Shown here: positions 15,786-23,589 of the stretch, in pieces
Numbering within the stretch: the first letter of the stretch is position 1
How the letters are laid out: each line of letters opens with the position of its first letter
Assembly: GCA_964354145.1 (NCBI GenBank)
Contig: CAYGXX010000002.1
Location: forward strand, 1-33,934
Length of the DNA: 33,934 nucleotides
Origin: an uncultured Candidatus Saccharibacteria bacterium
GTDB lineage: Bacteria > Patescibacteriota > Kazan-3B-28 > UBA10110
Direction: 5' to 3'
The notes under the pieces: model-generated
Databases searched by the model: none
The model's input: the letters and a program-made list of their open reading frames with translations, nothing else
Told to the model about the DNA's origin: nothing
Made by a program: the position numbers and the translations under genes

Positions 15786-17042
15786 ATGAGATACTCGCAA
15801 AGTTTTATCAAAACCAGCAAGGAGGCGCCGAAAGAAGCAGAGACGATTTCGCATCAATTATTACTCCGAGGCGGATTCATTCACCCCCTGGGCGCTGGAT
15901 TTTATTCGTTGCTTCCGCTGGGCTTTCGGGTATACCGCAAGATCTACAACATCATCACTGAGGAACTAAATAAAATTGGGGTGGAGGATATGATTATGCC
16001 CGTCGTGCATCCCGCCAGGGTGTGGAAAGAGACCGGAAGATTTAGTGAAGTTGGACCGGAACTCTGGAAGATCAAAAATCGCTCAGATGAAGATTTTTGT
16101 TTAGCGATGACTCACGAAGAAGTTATTACTGATGCCGCTAAAGCGATTATTTCTTCATATAAAGATTTACCTAAATTAGTGGGGCAAATTCAAACTAAAG
16201 TACGCGATGAAGTGAGAGCCAGGGGCGGCTTAATTCGCACCAAAGAATTCACCATGCAAGATGCTTATTCATTTGACCGCGATGAAGCTGGGCTGGATTT
16301 GACTTACCAAAAATTCATTGAAGCTTATAAAAATATCTTTAACCGGATGGGTATAGAAACTGTGATGATCGAATCTTCTACCGGTGCAATGGGAGGTTCC
16401 GGCGCTCATGAATTTATGATGATCACTCCTAGTGGCGAGGATAAAATAGTTACCTGCCGAGAGTGTGGATGCGCTGTTAACGCAGAGGTCTTGGGGATTA
16501 TGAAAGAAGGGGCAGATGAACCGGTAGCGAGTTGTAAAAAATGTGGGAGCTCAAACTGCGAGTTTAAACGTGGCATTGAAGTTGGAAATATTTTCAAGCT
16601 AGGCACTAAGTACAGCGTGCCGATGAAGTTACTGTATACCGACGAAAATAATCAGCAAAAACCCGTGGTCATGGGAAGTTATGGGATTGGCTTGGAGCGA
16701 CTGATAGCTTCTGTTGTGGAAGCTAGCCACAATGAAGCGGGCATCGTTTGGCCTATGAATATCGCTCCTTATCAAATCCACTTAATTAGTCTTGATAAGA
16801 ATAAGAAAACCGATTCCATTTATGAAAAATTAACCGCCAAAGGAATCGAAGTTTTTTATGACGACCGCGAGGACATTTCGGCGGGTGAAAAGTTTGCCGA
16901 TGCTGATTTAATCGGCATCCCCTACCGCGCCACTGTCAGCCGCAAAACCAAGGGCAAAATTGAATTAAAGAAGCGCAATGAAACCAACACTCAATTAGTT
17001 ACTCTAACTGAACTCATCAAACTATCCAAACAATTTCTGTAA
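15786..17042 (+). CDS. proS: prolyl-tRNA synthetase, bacterial-type N-terminus but lacking the INS editing domain
   Basis: MRYSQSFIKTSKEAPKEAETISHQLLLRGGFI matches a bacterial ProRS start. Motif 2 region RTKEFTMQDAYSF; motif 3 region GIEVGNIFKLGTKYS..GSYGIGLERL. Only 418 aa. A ~45-aa CxxC..CxxC segment replaces INS. Confidence 0.92.
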   Translation: MRYSQSFIKTSKEAPKEAETISHQLLLRGGFIHPLGAGFYSLLPLGFRVYRKIYNIITEELNKIGVEDMIMPVVHPARVWKETGRFSEVGPELWKIKNRSDEDFCLAMTHEEVITDAAKAIISSYKDLPKLVGQIQTKVRDEVRARGGLIRTKEFTMQDAYSFDRDEAGLDLTYQKFIEAYKNIFNRMGIETVMIESSTGAMGGSGAHEFMMITPSGEDKIVTCRECGCAVNAEVLGIMKEGADEPVASCKKCGSSNCEFKRGIEVGNIFKLGTKYSVPMKLLYTDENNQQKPVVMGSYGIGLERLIASVVEASHNEAGIVWPMNIAPYQIHLISLDKNKKTDSIYEKLTAKGIEVFYDDREDISAGEKFADADLIGIPYRATVSRKTKGKIELKKRNETNTQLVTLTELIKLSKQFL

Positions 17043-17050
17043 CCCTGGAC

Positions 17051-17168
17051 CTGTCTCTGTCATCCCGAGCCATCCCTCCATCATCCTGAACTATTCCTCT
17101 GTCATCCTGAATTCATTAGTCATTTTCCGCCCTTACCTGTCATTCCCGCGCAGGCGGGAATCCAGACA
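17051..17168. repeat. array of GTCAT half-sites ending in a family A palindrome (left flank of GIY-YIG copy 2)
   Basis: GTCAT at 17059, 17101, 17119 and 17139 (plus ATCAT at 17079), spaced about 18-22 nt apart. Terminal hairpin ctgtcattcccgcgcaggcgggaatccagaca (17137-17168). Confidence 0.75.
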
Positions 17169-17185
17169 GCAAAACAAACAGAAAA

Positions 17186-17473
17186 CTAAAAATCTTTGGA
17201 TAGATCTCGCCAATCTGGGTTATCTTGTTCAATCAATCTGATTTTCCATTGACGATGCCATTTTTTGAGCTGTTTTTCTCTGGTAATAGCGCTCTCTGGA
17301 TTATCAACTATTTCGAAATAAACCAACTTATTTACTTGATATTTGGATGTAAACCCAGGTAATTGCTTGTGTTTATGTTTATATATTCTTTCGACTAAAT
17401 CTGACGTTGTGCCAATATAAAGCGTCCCGTTTTTGTTGCTGGCAAGAATATACACATAATACTGTTTGCCCAT
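17186..17473 (-). CDS. GIY-YIG nuclease family protein, copy 2
   Basis: 95 aa. YVYILASNKNGTLYIGTTSDLVERIYKH...REKQLKKWHRQWKI. Shares this block with copy 1 but differs at synonymous sites. Confidence 0.88.
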   Translation of the reverse strand: MGKQYYVYILASNKNGTLYIGTTSDLVERIYKHKHKQLPGFTSKYQVNKLVYFEIVDNPESAITREKQLKKWHRQWKIRLIEQDNPDWRDLSKDF

Positions 17474-17500
17474 AATCGTATTCTACTGCTTTTGTTTATT

Positions 17501-17620
17501 TCTGGATTCCCGCCTACGCGGGAATGACAAAAGAGATGCGGAAATAATTAGAACACAAGCATGACGAATAGAGGCACAGAAATGACATAAGAAAGGGATG
17601 ACAGTACAATAAGGCTATGA
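17501..17620. repeat. family A palindrome followed by an array of ATGAC half-sites (right flank of GIY-YIG copy 2)
   Basis: ctggattcccgcctacgcgggaatgacaa (17501-17529). ATGAC at 17523, 17560, 17581, 17597 and 17616, mirroring the left array. The last one contains the argS ATG. Confidence 0.75.
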
Positions 17621-19503
17621 CTCTGACAGAAACATTACAGGCAGCAATTTCGGAGGCAACCACCCAATTATGGCCGGAAGTTGCCATCCCTCCTTTTGAT
17701 GTGGTAGCGCCTCCTTCTCCTGAGTTTGGGGACCTCTCCACTGCCCTGCCATTAACTCTGGCAAAGTTAGTCTTGGAATCCCCCCTGATGATAGCGCAAA
17801 AAATCCAGGCCCAGCTACAAGCCCGATCATTAGAGTTTATCAAAGAGGTTACCATCACCAGCCCAGGCTATGTGAATTTTTTGGTTGACTTTACTGCCCT
17901 AAGCCACCATCTGCTACCAAAAATCCTCACCCAAAAACATGATTACGGCGCCAGCAAAGAGGACAGGGGTAAAATCCTGGTTGAGCATACCGCAGTAAAT
18001 CCCAACAAAGCAGCTCACATCGGACACCTGCGCAATGCTTGCCTGGGCGATAGCGTTGCTAATATTCTTAAAGTTACTGGCTGGCAGGTGGAGGTGCAGA
18101 ATTACATTGATGATACCGGGGTGCAGGTGGCTGATGTCTTAGTGGCCTTGGAAAATCTGCCTGACAAACAAGGCAATGAGCCGTTTGATTATTTCTGCTG
18201 GAACATCTACACCAAGATCCAAAAAATGTACGAGGTAGATACTGGCCTAATCGCCCGACGGAAAGAGATCTTAAAACTTTTAGAAGAAGGCAATAACCCA
18301 ACCGCGCAAAAAGGACTAGAGATAGCCAATCAAATCGTCAACCGGCACTTGCAGACTTTCGCCCGGCTAAATATTGCTTACAACCTGCTGGTTTGGGAAA
18401 GGGATATTATCGATTTAGGACTGTGGCCAACCGTATTTGAGCAACTCAAAAAAAAGAGGCTCATCAAACAACCTTGGCGTGGTGTTAACAAAGGGGCTTG
18501 GATTGTAGAGTTCGGCAAGACTGAACGGGAGCACAAGATCCTAGTTAGAAGTAACGGAGCAGCTACTTATACCGCTAAGGATCTAGCCTACCAGCTATGG
18601 AAATTTGGCCTCTTGCCAATTGATTTTGAATATTTTGTGAGGAGTCGGCAGTGGAACAATGAGCCGCTTCTAACCACGGCGGGGGGAACTCTGGGACTAA
18701 TCTCCTTGGAACCTGCTGAACGACACTTCCAGGAACCAGATAAAGTTATTAATGTAATTGATGTCCGACAAAGCTACCCTCAAGAAGTGATCAAAGAAAC
18801 TTTGGCCAAACTGGGTTACCCGGAAGCGGCCACCAACTCCATCCACCTTGACTATAATGTGGTCAAACTTTCTTTAGGAGCGGTAAAAGAATTAGGCATT
18901 CATCCCGAAACCGACAAAACCGAATATGCAATGTCAGGGCGGGAAGGTATCGGTGTAAAGATCGATGATCTTATGGATAAAATTGAAGAGAAGATTTCGG
19001 CGATTAATCCTCATCTGCTATCCACGGATGTGCAAAACCTAGCCGCCTCAACTTTGCGCTACTATATACTGCGCAACCGCCCCCATAAAGAAATTATCTT
19101 CGATTTTGACGAAGCGCTCAAAACTGATGGTAATACGGGTGTCTATCTACAATATGCGTATGCCCGAAGTTGTAATATTTTAAATAAAGTGGAGCACTGG
19201 CAACCCTTATCCAATAAGCTAGTCGTGCCAGCTGACTTTACTGAAGAAGCTAAGCAACTAGTACAAATACTGGAAAGTTATTCGGGGATTTTGCGGAAAG
19301 CCGAGGCTGAACTGGACCCTTCCCTCCTAACGGATTATGCTTTCCAGTTGGCGAGCCAATTTGCTAAATTCTATGAAAAAAATCCGGTGCTTTCAGCCGA
19401 TCCGGAGACTAAAAACTTCCGACTGCATTTGGTCGCCAGTGTCAAACAAGTGCTAGAGAATCTATTGAGAGTCTTGGGCATCACTCCTCTCTCCAAAATT
19501 TGA
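17617..19503 (+). CDS. argS: arginyl-tRNA synthetase
   Basis: 628 aa. Class I HIGH motif (NPNKAAHIGHLRNA), MSGREG in the KMSKS position, and a C-terminal DALR-type anticodon-binding domain (LQYAYARSCNIL). Confidence 0.93.
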   Translation: MTLTETLQAAISEATTQLWPEVAIPPFDVVAPPSPEFGDLSTALPLTLAKLVLESPLMIAQKIQAQLQARSLEFIKEVTITSPGYVNFLVDFTALSHHLLPKILTQKHDYGASKEDRGKILVEHTAVNPNKAAHIGHLRNACLGDSVANILKVTGWQVEVQNYIDDTGVQVADVLVALENLPDKQGNEPFDYFCWNIYTKIQKMYEVDTGLIARRKEILKLLEEGNNPTAQKGLEIANQIVNRHLQTFARLNIAYNLLVWERDIIDLGLWPTVFEQLKKKRLIKQPWRGVNKGAWIVEFGKTEREHKILVRSNGAATYTAKDLAYQLWKFGLLPIDFEYFVRSRQWNNEPLLTTAGGTLGLISLEPAERHFQEPDKVINVIDVRQSYPQEVIKETLAKLGYPEAATNSIHLDYNVVKLSLGAVKELGIHPETDKTEYAMSGREGIGVKIDDLMDKIEEKISAINPHLLSTDVQNLAASTLRYYILRNRPHKEIIFDFDEALKTDGNTGVYLQYAYARSCNILNKVEHWQPLSNKLVVPADFTEEAKQLVQILESYSGILRKAEAELDPSLLTDYAFQLASQFAKFYEKNPVLSADPETKNFRLHLVASVKQVLENLLRVLGITPLSKI

Positions 19504-19698
19504 CCGTAAATATAGGGAATATTAATTAAAGTCTGCAATGAAACATTTGCAAGTTGTTTCAAGTATCACTAATATAGTAGTTGTTATGTTTGTTGAATTG
19601 TCCGCGCAGAATTATGAATGATGGGAAAACAAAGGATGCGAGAGTTAAGCAAGACTGCATGAATAAGAGACCGCTTTCGCCAAGAAAGAGAAATGGGC

Positions 19699-19727
19699 TT
19701 GACTAAATTATGGAATGGTGGTATAAT
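19699..19727 (+). promoter_or_regulatory. sigma70-type promoter for the locus B small gene
   Basis: TTGACT, a 17-nt spacer, then TATAAT (cttgactaaattatggaatggtggtataataaa), 12 nt upstream of the GTG at 19739. Confidence 0.65.
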
Positions 19728-19738
19728 AAATTAATAAG

Positions 19739-20383
19739 GTGATTTTAAACCATATAAAACTAAAAATGAAAACTAAGATTGCTAAATTTTTGCAGGACCA
19801 AGCGGAGGTAAACCGACAGATGTTGATATTGGGAGCGGTACTTTTTTTCGCCGGGAGTATGGCAATCGGCACGATTGAGTTGGCACAGGCGGGACTGACC
19901 GGGGACACTAATATAGCCCAGAACGTCAGTGCAGGTAGTTTAGCGCTGACCGTCTCCAACGCCCAGTTAAATTTTAATGCTGGTGGTGTCGGTGATACTA
20001 CCACTGCCAATACTGGGAGTGGAGCGGGCAATGCCATAATTGTCCAGGATACCACTGGTAGCGGAACGGGTTGGGATGTCACGGGTTATTTCAATACTAA
20101 TTTTGTTAAAACTGGCGATACTAATATCCAGATGGCCATCACTGCAATGTCTTGGTATCCTGGCGCAATGACAATATCTAATAACACAGGCAACAACGCT
20201 GATGTAGATGCAGGCACTAACGGTGCTTTTGCTGGTAATGGTGATGGTAATCCTAAAACCCTGGCCAATTCTGATAATGCTCCGGGCAAATTTGATCTCT
20301 ATAACCTCAAATTTAATTACACAATTCCAATAGAGGCAGAAGCGACTGATTACACGACAAATCTAAGGTTGACTATCGCTTAA
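19739..20383 (+). CDS. small secreted WxL-like surface protein (locus B)
   Basis: 214 aa (alternative ATG at 19766). Signal peptide MLILGAVLFFAGSMAIGTIELAQA. SAGSLALTVSNAQLNFNAGG, then IIVQDTTGSGTGWDVTGYF, and it ends ATDYTTNLRLTIA-stop. Confidence 0.8.
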   Translation: MILNHIKLKMKTKIAKFLQDQAEVNRQMLILGAVLFFAGSMAIGTIELAQAGLTGDTNIAQNVSAGSLALTVSNAQLNFNAGGVGDTTTANTGSGAGNAIIVQDTTGSGTGWDVTGYFNTNFVKTGDTNIQMAITAMSWYPGAMTISNNTGNNADVDAGTNGAFAGNGDGNPKTLANSDNAPGKFDLYNLKFNYTIPIEAEATDYTTNLRLTIA

Positions 20384-20407
20384 GATAATCACAGCTCTAG
20401 TTTAATT

Positions 20408-20433
20408 CCTGTGCGATCAAGCACAGGTTTTTT
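20408..20433 (+). terminator. rho-independent terminator after the locus B small gene
   Basis: cctgtgc-gatcaa-gcacagg hairpin followed by tttttt. Confidence 0.75.
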
Positions 20434-20462
20434 GTTAGATTAATCTTTGATAGTATGGGTCT

Positions 20463-22037
20463 GTGACTATCATAAGTAAAAATAGAAAAATGAAAAATGC
20501 AGAAAAACCCGGGCGGCGGATGGGTTGGTTGAGTTCACTGACCATATTGGAAAAATTGGGGTTGTTGCTTTTAGTGGGACTAGGACTGCGACCAATTTTA
20601 GACCCCGATTTTGGTTGGCATCTGCGGGCGGGCACCGATTTAGTGGCTAATTATTTTCATCCCCCCAAATTTGACGTTTATTCTTATACTATGTCTGATT
20701 GGTCATGGGTGGACCACGAGTGGCTAACAAATGGTATTGCCGCTCTAATCCATAACGGGCTAGGGCCGCTGGTGTTAATTATATTGTTCGCTTTGCTGAT
20801 AGCAGGCACTTTTCTTTTAGCAGCATCAATCGAACGAATAGAGCTACCTTACAAAATATTAGCAGCTGTGATCGGTTTGCTAGCCGCTCTGCCTATCACT
20901 GGTGTCAGGATGCAAATGATTACCCTGCTGGGGATGGCTTGGCTCCTGTGGACTCTCTACCGCTTCCGCCGAGGTGAGTCACGACATCTTTGGTATGTAC
21001 CTTTAGTATTTGTAGCTTGGGCGAATTTACATGGTGGATTTTTGATCGGGTTGGTGATACTGGCAGTGTTCTGGATATGTGAAGCTATCAAGTATGCTAT
21101 TTCGCACTGGTGTCCCGTCTGGTACAAAAAGTTACATGTTACTGAAATAACATTAAACTGCCGACAGTTGCACCACTTGGGAGTAATTGGGTTGCTAGCA
21201 GGGGCGGCTACTCTAATTAATCCCTACAGCTGGGGACTCTACTATGATTTCTACAAATTATTTACCAACCCCTTTGCAATTAAAAATATTGCCGAGTGGC
21301 AACCAGTGTCACTAGCATTCAATCACCCCATGGCCCTTGATTTCACATTGTATTTAATTCTGTTCGCGCTGGTACTGATTCTGACCTATCGTAAGATAGA
21401 GCCAACCCGGTGGATACTTAGTGGTTTGTTTCTCTGCCTCTCATTTCTCTATTGGCGCAATTTGCCATTTTTTATGATTATGAGCGTAGGATTTTTGGCA
21501 GAGATCATGCAAGAGCATACCAGTTTAGTATTCAAAACACTTAGTCAAAATAAATGGGTATTAGTGGTGGCTACCTTGATAGTAGGAATAATTATTGGCC
21601 AGCGAATTATTGATGTAGGTAGTAAGATAACTGACCCCCTAAAAAATTTCCGGGCGGGAGGTTACCCCATCGATGCTATCCGCTGGGCTAAGAATAATCC
21701 TGACAAACTAGGGAACCGGATGTTCAATGAATATGACTGGGGCGGTTTTCTGATTTGGCAATTCCCAGAACAAAAAGTATTTGTGGATGGTAGGATGCCT
21801 TTTTGGAAAATTGGCGATCGGTTTCCTTTCTTTGATGAACAATACTCGATTGGAGCAGAACCAGGTTCCATTGAAATGCTAAAGAACAAATATAATGTGG
21901 ATTGGATGTTAATCCGCCCGCAGCGCCCCCTAGCTATTGCCCTAACTGGACAAGATGATTGGATACAAATTTATCGTGATAACTCTGCAGTAATCTACCG
22001 CAAAATTACCAATACAGATAAGAGCACACAACAATAG
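20463..22037 (+). CDS. polytopic GT-C-type membrane protein with STT3/PglB-like loop motifs (locus B)
   Basis: 524 aa. DPDFGWHLRAG..HEWL, WANLHGGF, NIAEWQPVSL, WRNLPFF and NEYDWGGFLIWQFPEQKVFVDGRM. Paralogue of 10733-12322. GTG start at 20463, or ATG at 20490. Confidence 0.8.
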   Translation: MTIISKNRKMKNAEKPGRRMGWLSSLTILEKLGLLLLVGLGLRPILDPDFGWHLRAGTDLVANYFHPPKFDVYSYTMSDWSWVDHEWLTNGIAALIHNGLGPLVLIILFALLIAGTFLLAASIERIELPYKILAAVIGLLAALPITGVRMQMITLLGMAWLLWTLYRFRRGESRHLWYVPLVFVAWANLHGGFLIGLVILAVFWICEAIKYAISHWCPVWYKKLHVTEITLNCRQLHHLGVIGLLAGAATLINPYSWGLYYDFYKLFTNPFAIKNIAEWQPVSLAFNHPMALDFTLYLILFALVLILTYRKIEPTRWILSGLFLCLSFLYWRNLPFFMIMSVGFLAEIMQEHTSLVFKTLSQNKWVLVVATLIVGIIIGQRIIDVGSKITDPLKNFRAGGYPIDAIRWAKNNPDKLGNRMFNEYDWGGFLIWQFPEQKVFVDGRMPFWKIGDRFPFFDEQYSIGAEPGSIEMLKNKYNVDWMLIRPQRPLAIALTGQDDWIQIYRDNSAVIYRKITNTDKSTQQ

Positions 22038-22071
22038 AATATAATATAAATATAAAAGATAATAAAAATCA

Positions 22072-23589
22072 TTGGCGAAGAAAATTAAATCTTTATCTTG
22101 TTTGTTGGTCTTGCTAGTAGGCGTTATGTTACCAGCGTCAGCTTTTGGGCTGGCCGCTAGTGGTATGAGTATTGCGCCAGAGGTAAATGCTAAGTTTCCC
22201 GACCGCAAGGGTTGGTTTATTTACGAAGAAGTGGAACCCGGCGCAGTCATTGAGGATGCAGCCAGGGTAATAAACTTAGGCGACAAGCCCAACACTATCA
22301 CTATCGAAGCTGTGGATGCACTTATGACTCCCGATGGCGGTTTTGCTCTAATAGGAGAACCAAAGAACAATACAGACATTGGCAACTGGATAGAACTCAC
22401 TAAAACCGAAGTAACCTTAGCCCCCAATAAAGAACAAATTATCCCCTTCAAAATTAAAGTGCCCGAAGACGCAGAGGTGGGAGACCATATTGGCGCATTA
22501 GCGGTGTACCGGAGTAACCAAGAAACAGAAGGAACCATTAAAGCTGGGGGCGCCCAAGTAAGTATCAGCACCCGAGTGGGCGCCCGGATATATCTGACCG
22601 TTAAAGGAAATATTACCCGCCAACTAACACTGCTTAAGCGAGCGATGTATGGTCGTGGTCAAAAACTGATCTTCTATTTCAAAATGGAGAACTTGGGTAA
22701 TATTCGAGCTGAAGTAGCAATGACGACCAAGATTTATAGTATTTGGGGACTCTACGACAGCAAAGAAAATATTTCCATCGGGCAAATCTTTCCTAAGCAA
22801 ACTACTACGATTGAAACAACCTGGCCAGGCAAAGGGAGACCGATTTTTGGTCCTTACTTAGCTCTCATTACTCTTGAGGATACCTTCCAAGGGCTAAACC
22901 CAGCTCAAAGCACCATGCCGCCGCCTGCTCCACCGATTCATACCTGGGCACTCTTCTTCTTTATCCCCTACACTCAAATGGCGGTTCTACTTATTCTGCT
23001 TTTCCTCATTTGGTTTATTATTCAAGCGAGACGTTGGAGGCAGATGGCCCGGTTGGCACAAATGCGAGTAGTAGCCCACAGGGTCAAGCGAGGTGATCAT
23101 TTAGTAGATATTGCTGCTCACTACGGAATAAGTTGGAAGCTATTGGCCCAGTTGAATGAAATCAAACCGCCATATGACTTCAAAGAAACCAAAACCATCT
23201 ATGTGCCTGATAGGCAAGGTCAATGCAGATATCTGCCAGTTCCTAACATATTGGCTTATTTGTTTGCCCAAATTCTTCATCCTGGTTTCTTCTTCCGTCA
23301 TCCTGAACTCGATTCAGGATCTCCAGGATCTAGATTCCGGCTCGGAGGCCGGAATGACAAGGCAGAGCCCGGAATGACAAGAGGAAGATCGGACAGAATG
23401 ACAAAAGGGGTTGTCATCAAGCCGACTAGTTACACCATCATTATTCAGCCAGGCGATACCCGGAAGGATGTGGAACAATTCACAGGATTAGCTTGGAAAA
23501 AGATAGTCAAATTTAATCGCCTGAAGCCCAAGTTTCGGCTAAAAGCCGGACTTGAATTGGAGGTACCAGAACAGGATGATGAAAAATAA
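22072..23589 (+). CDS. DUF916/DUF3324-like surface protein with single TM and C-terminal 2x LysM tail (locus B)
   Basis: 505 aa with a TTG start. Signal peptide. WFIYEEVEPGAVIEDAARVINLGDKPNTITIEAVDALMTPDGGFALI and ARIYLTVKGNITRQL. TM segment ALFFFIPYTQMAVLLILLFLIWFII followed by QARRWRQ. LysM 1 is HRVKRGDHLVDIAAHYGI and LysM 2 is IIIQPGDTRKDVEQFTGL..GLELEVP. Confidence 0.85.
   Translation: MAKKIKSLSCLLVLLVGVMLPASAFGLAASGMSIAPEVNAKFPDRKGWFIYEEVEPGAVIEDAARVINLGDKPNTITIEAVDALMTPDGGFALIGEPKNNTDIGNWIELTKTEVTLAPNKEQIIPFKIKVPEDAEVGDHIGALAVYRSNQETEGTIKAGGAQVSISTRVGARIYLTVKGNITRQLTLLKRAMYGRGQKLIFYFKMENLGNIRAEVAMTTKIYSIWGLYDSKENISIGQIFPKQTTTIETTWPGKGRPIFGPYLALITLEDTFQGLNPAQSTMPPPAPPIHTWALFFFIPYTQMAVLLILLFLIWFIIQARRWRQMARLAQMRVVAHRVKRGDHLVDIAAHYGISWKLLAQLNEIKPPYDFKETKTIYVPDRQGQCRYLPVPNILAYLFAQILHPGFFFRHPELDSGSPGSRFRLGGRNDKAEPGMTRGRSDRMTKGVVIKPTSYTIIIQPGDTRKDVEQFTGLAWKKIVKFNRLKPKFRLKAGLELEVPEQDDEK
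23297..23407. repeat. cluster of GTCAT..ATGAC-type palindromic elements inserted in frame in a CDS
   Basis: gtcatcctgaactcgattcaggatct, attccggctcggaggccggaatgac, gcccggaatgacaag and cagaatgacaaaag. Translated as RHPELDSGSPGSRFRLGGRNDKAEPGMTRGRSDRMTKG between the two LysM domains. Confidence 0.8.

Noticed and set aside
17051-17168. Regularly spaced GTCAT-containing units as a possible CRISPR array
   Set aside because: The units are about 18-22 nt apart, degenerate and have no unique spacers of CRISPR length. No cas genes are in the window. A mirrored array lies on the other side of a GIY-YIG gene, which fits transposon-like ends better.
17514-17858. 114-aa and 71-aa minus-strand ORFs overlapping the argS start
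   Set aside because: They run through the ATGAC half-site array and antisense to the well-supported argS N-terminus. Neither has a recognisable domain.
19708-20289. 124-aa and 67-aa minus-strand ORFs antisense to the locus B small gene
   Set aside because: They are P/A/V-rich shadows of a G/T/N-rich gene. The sense ORF has a promoter, signal peptide, terminator and a paralogue.
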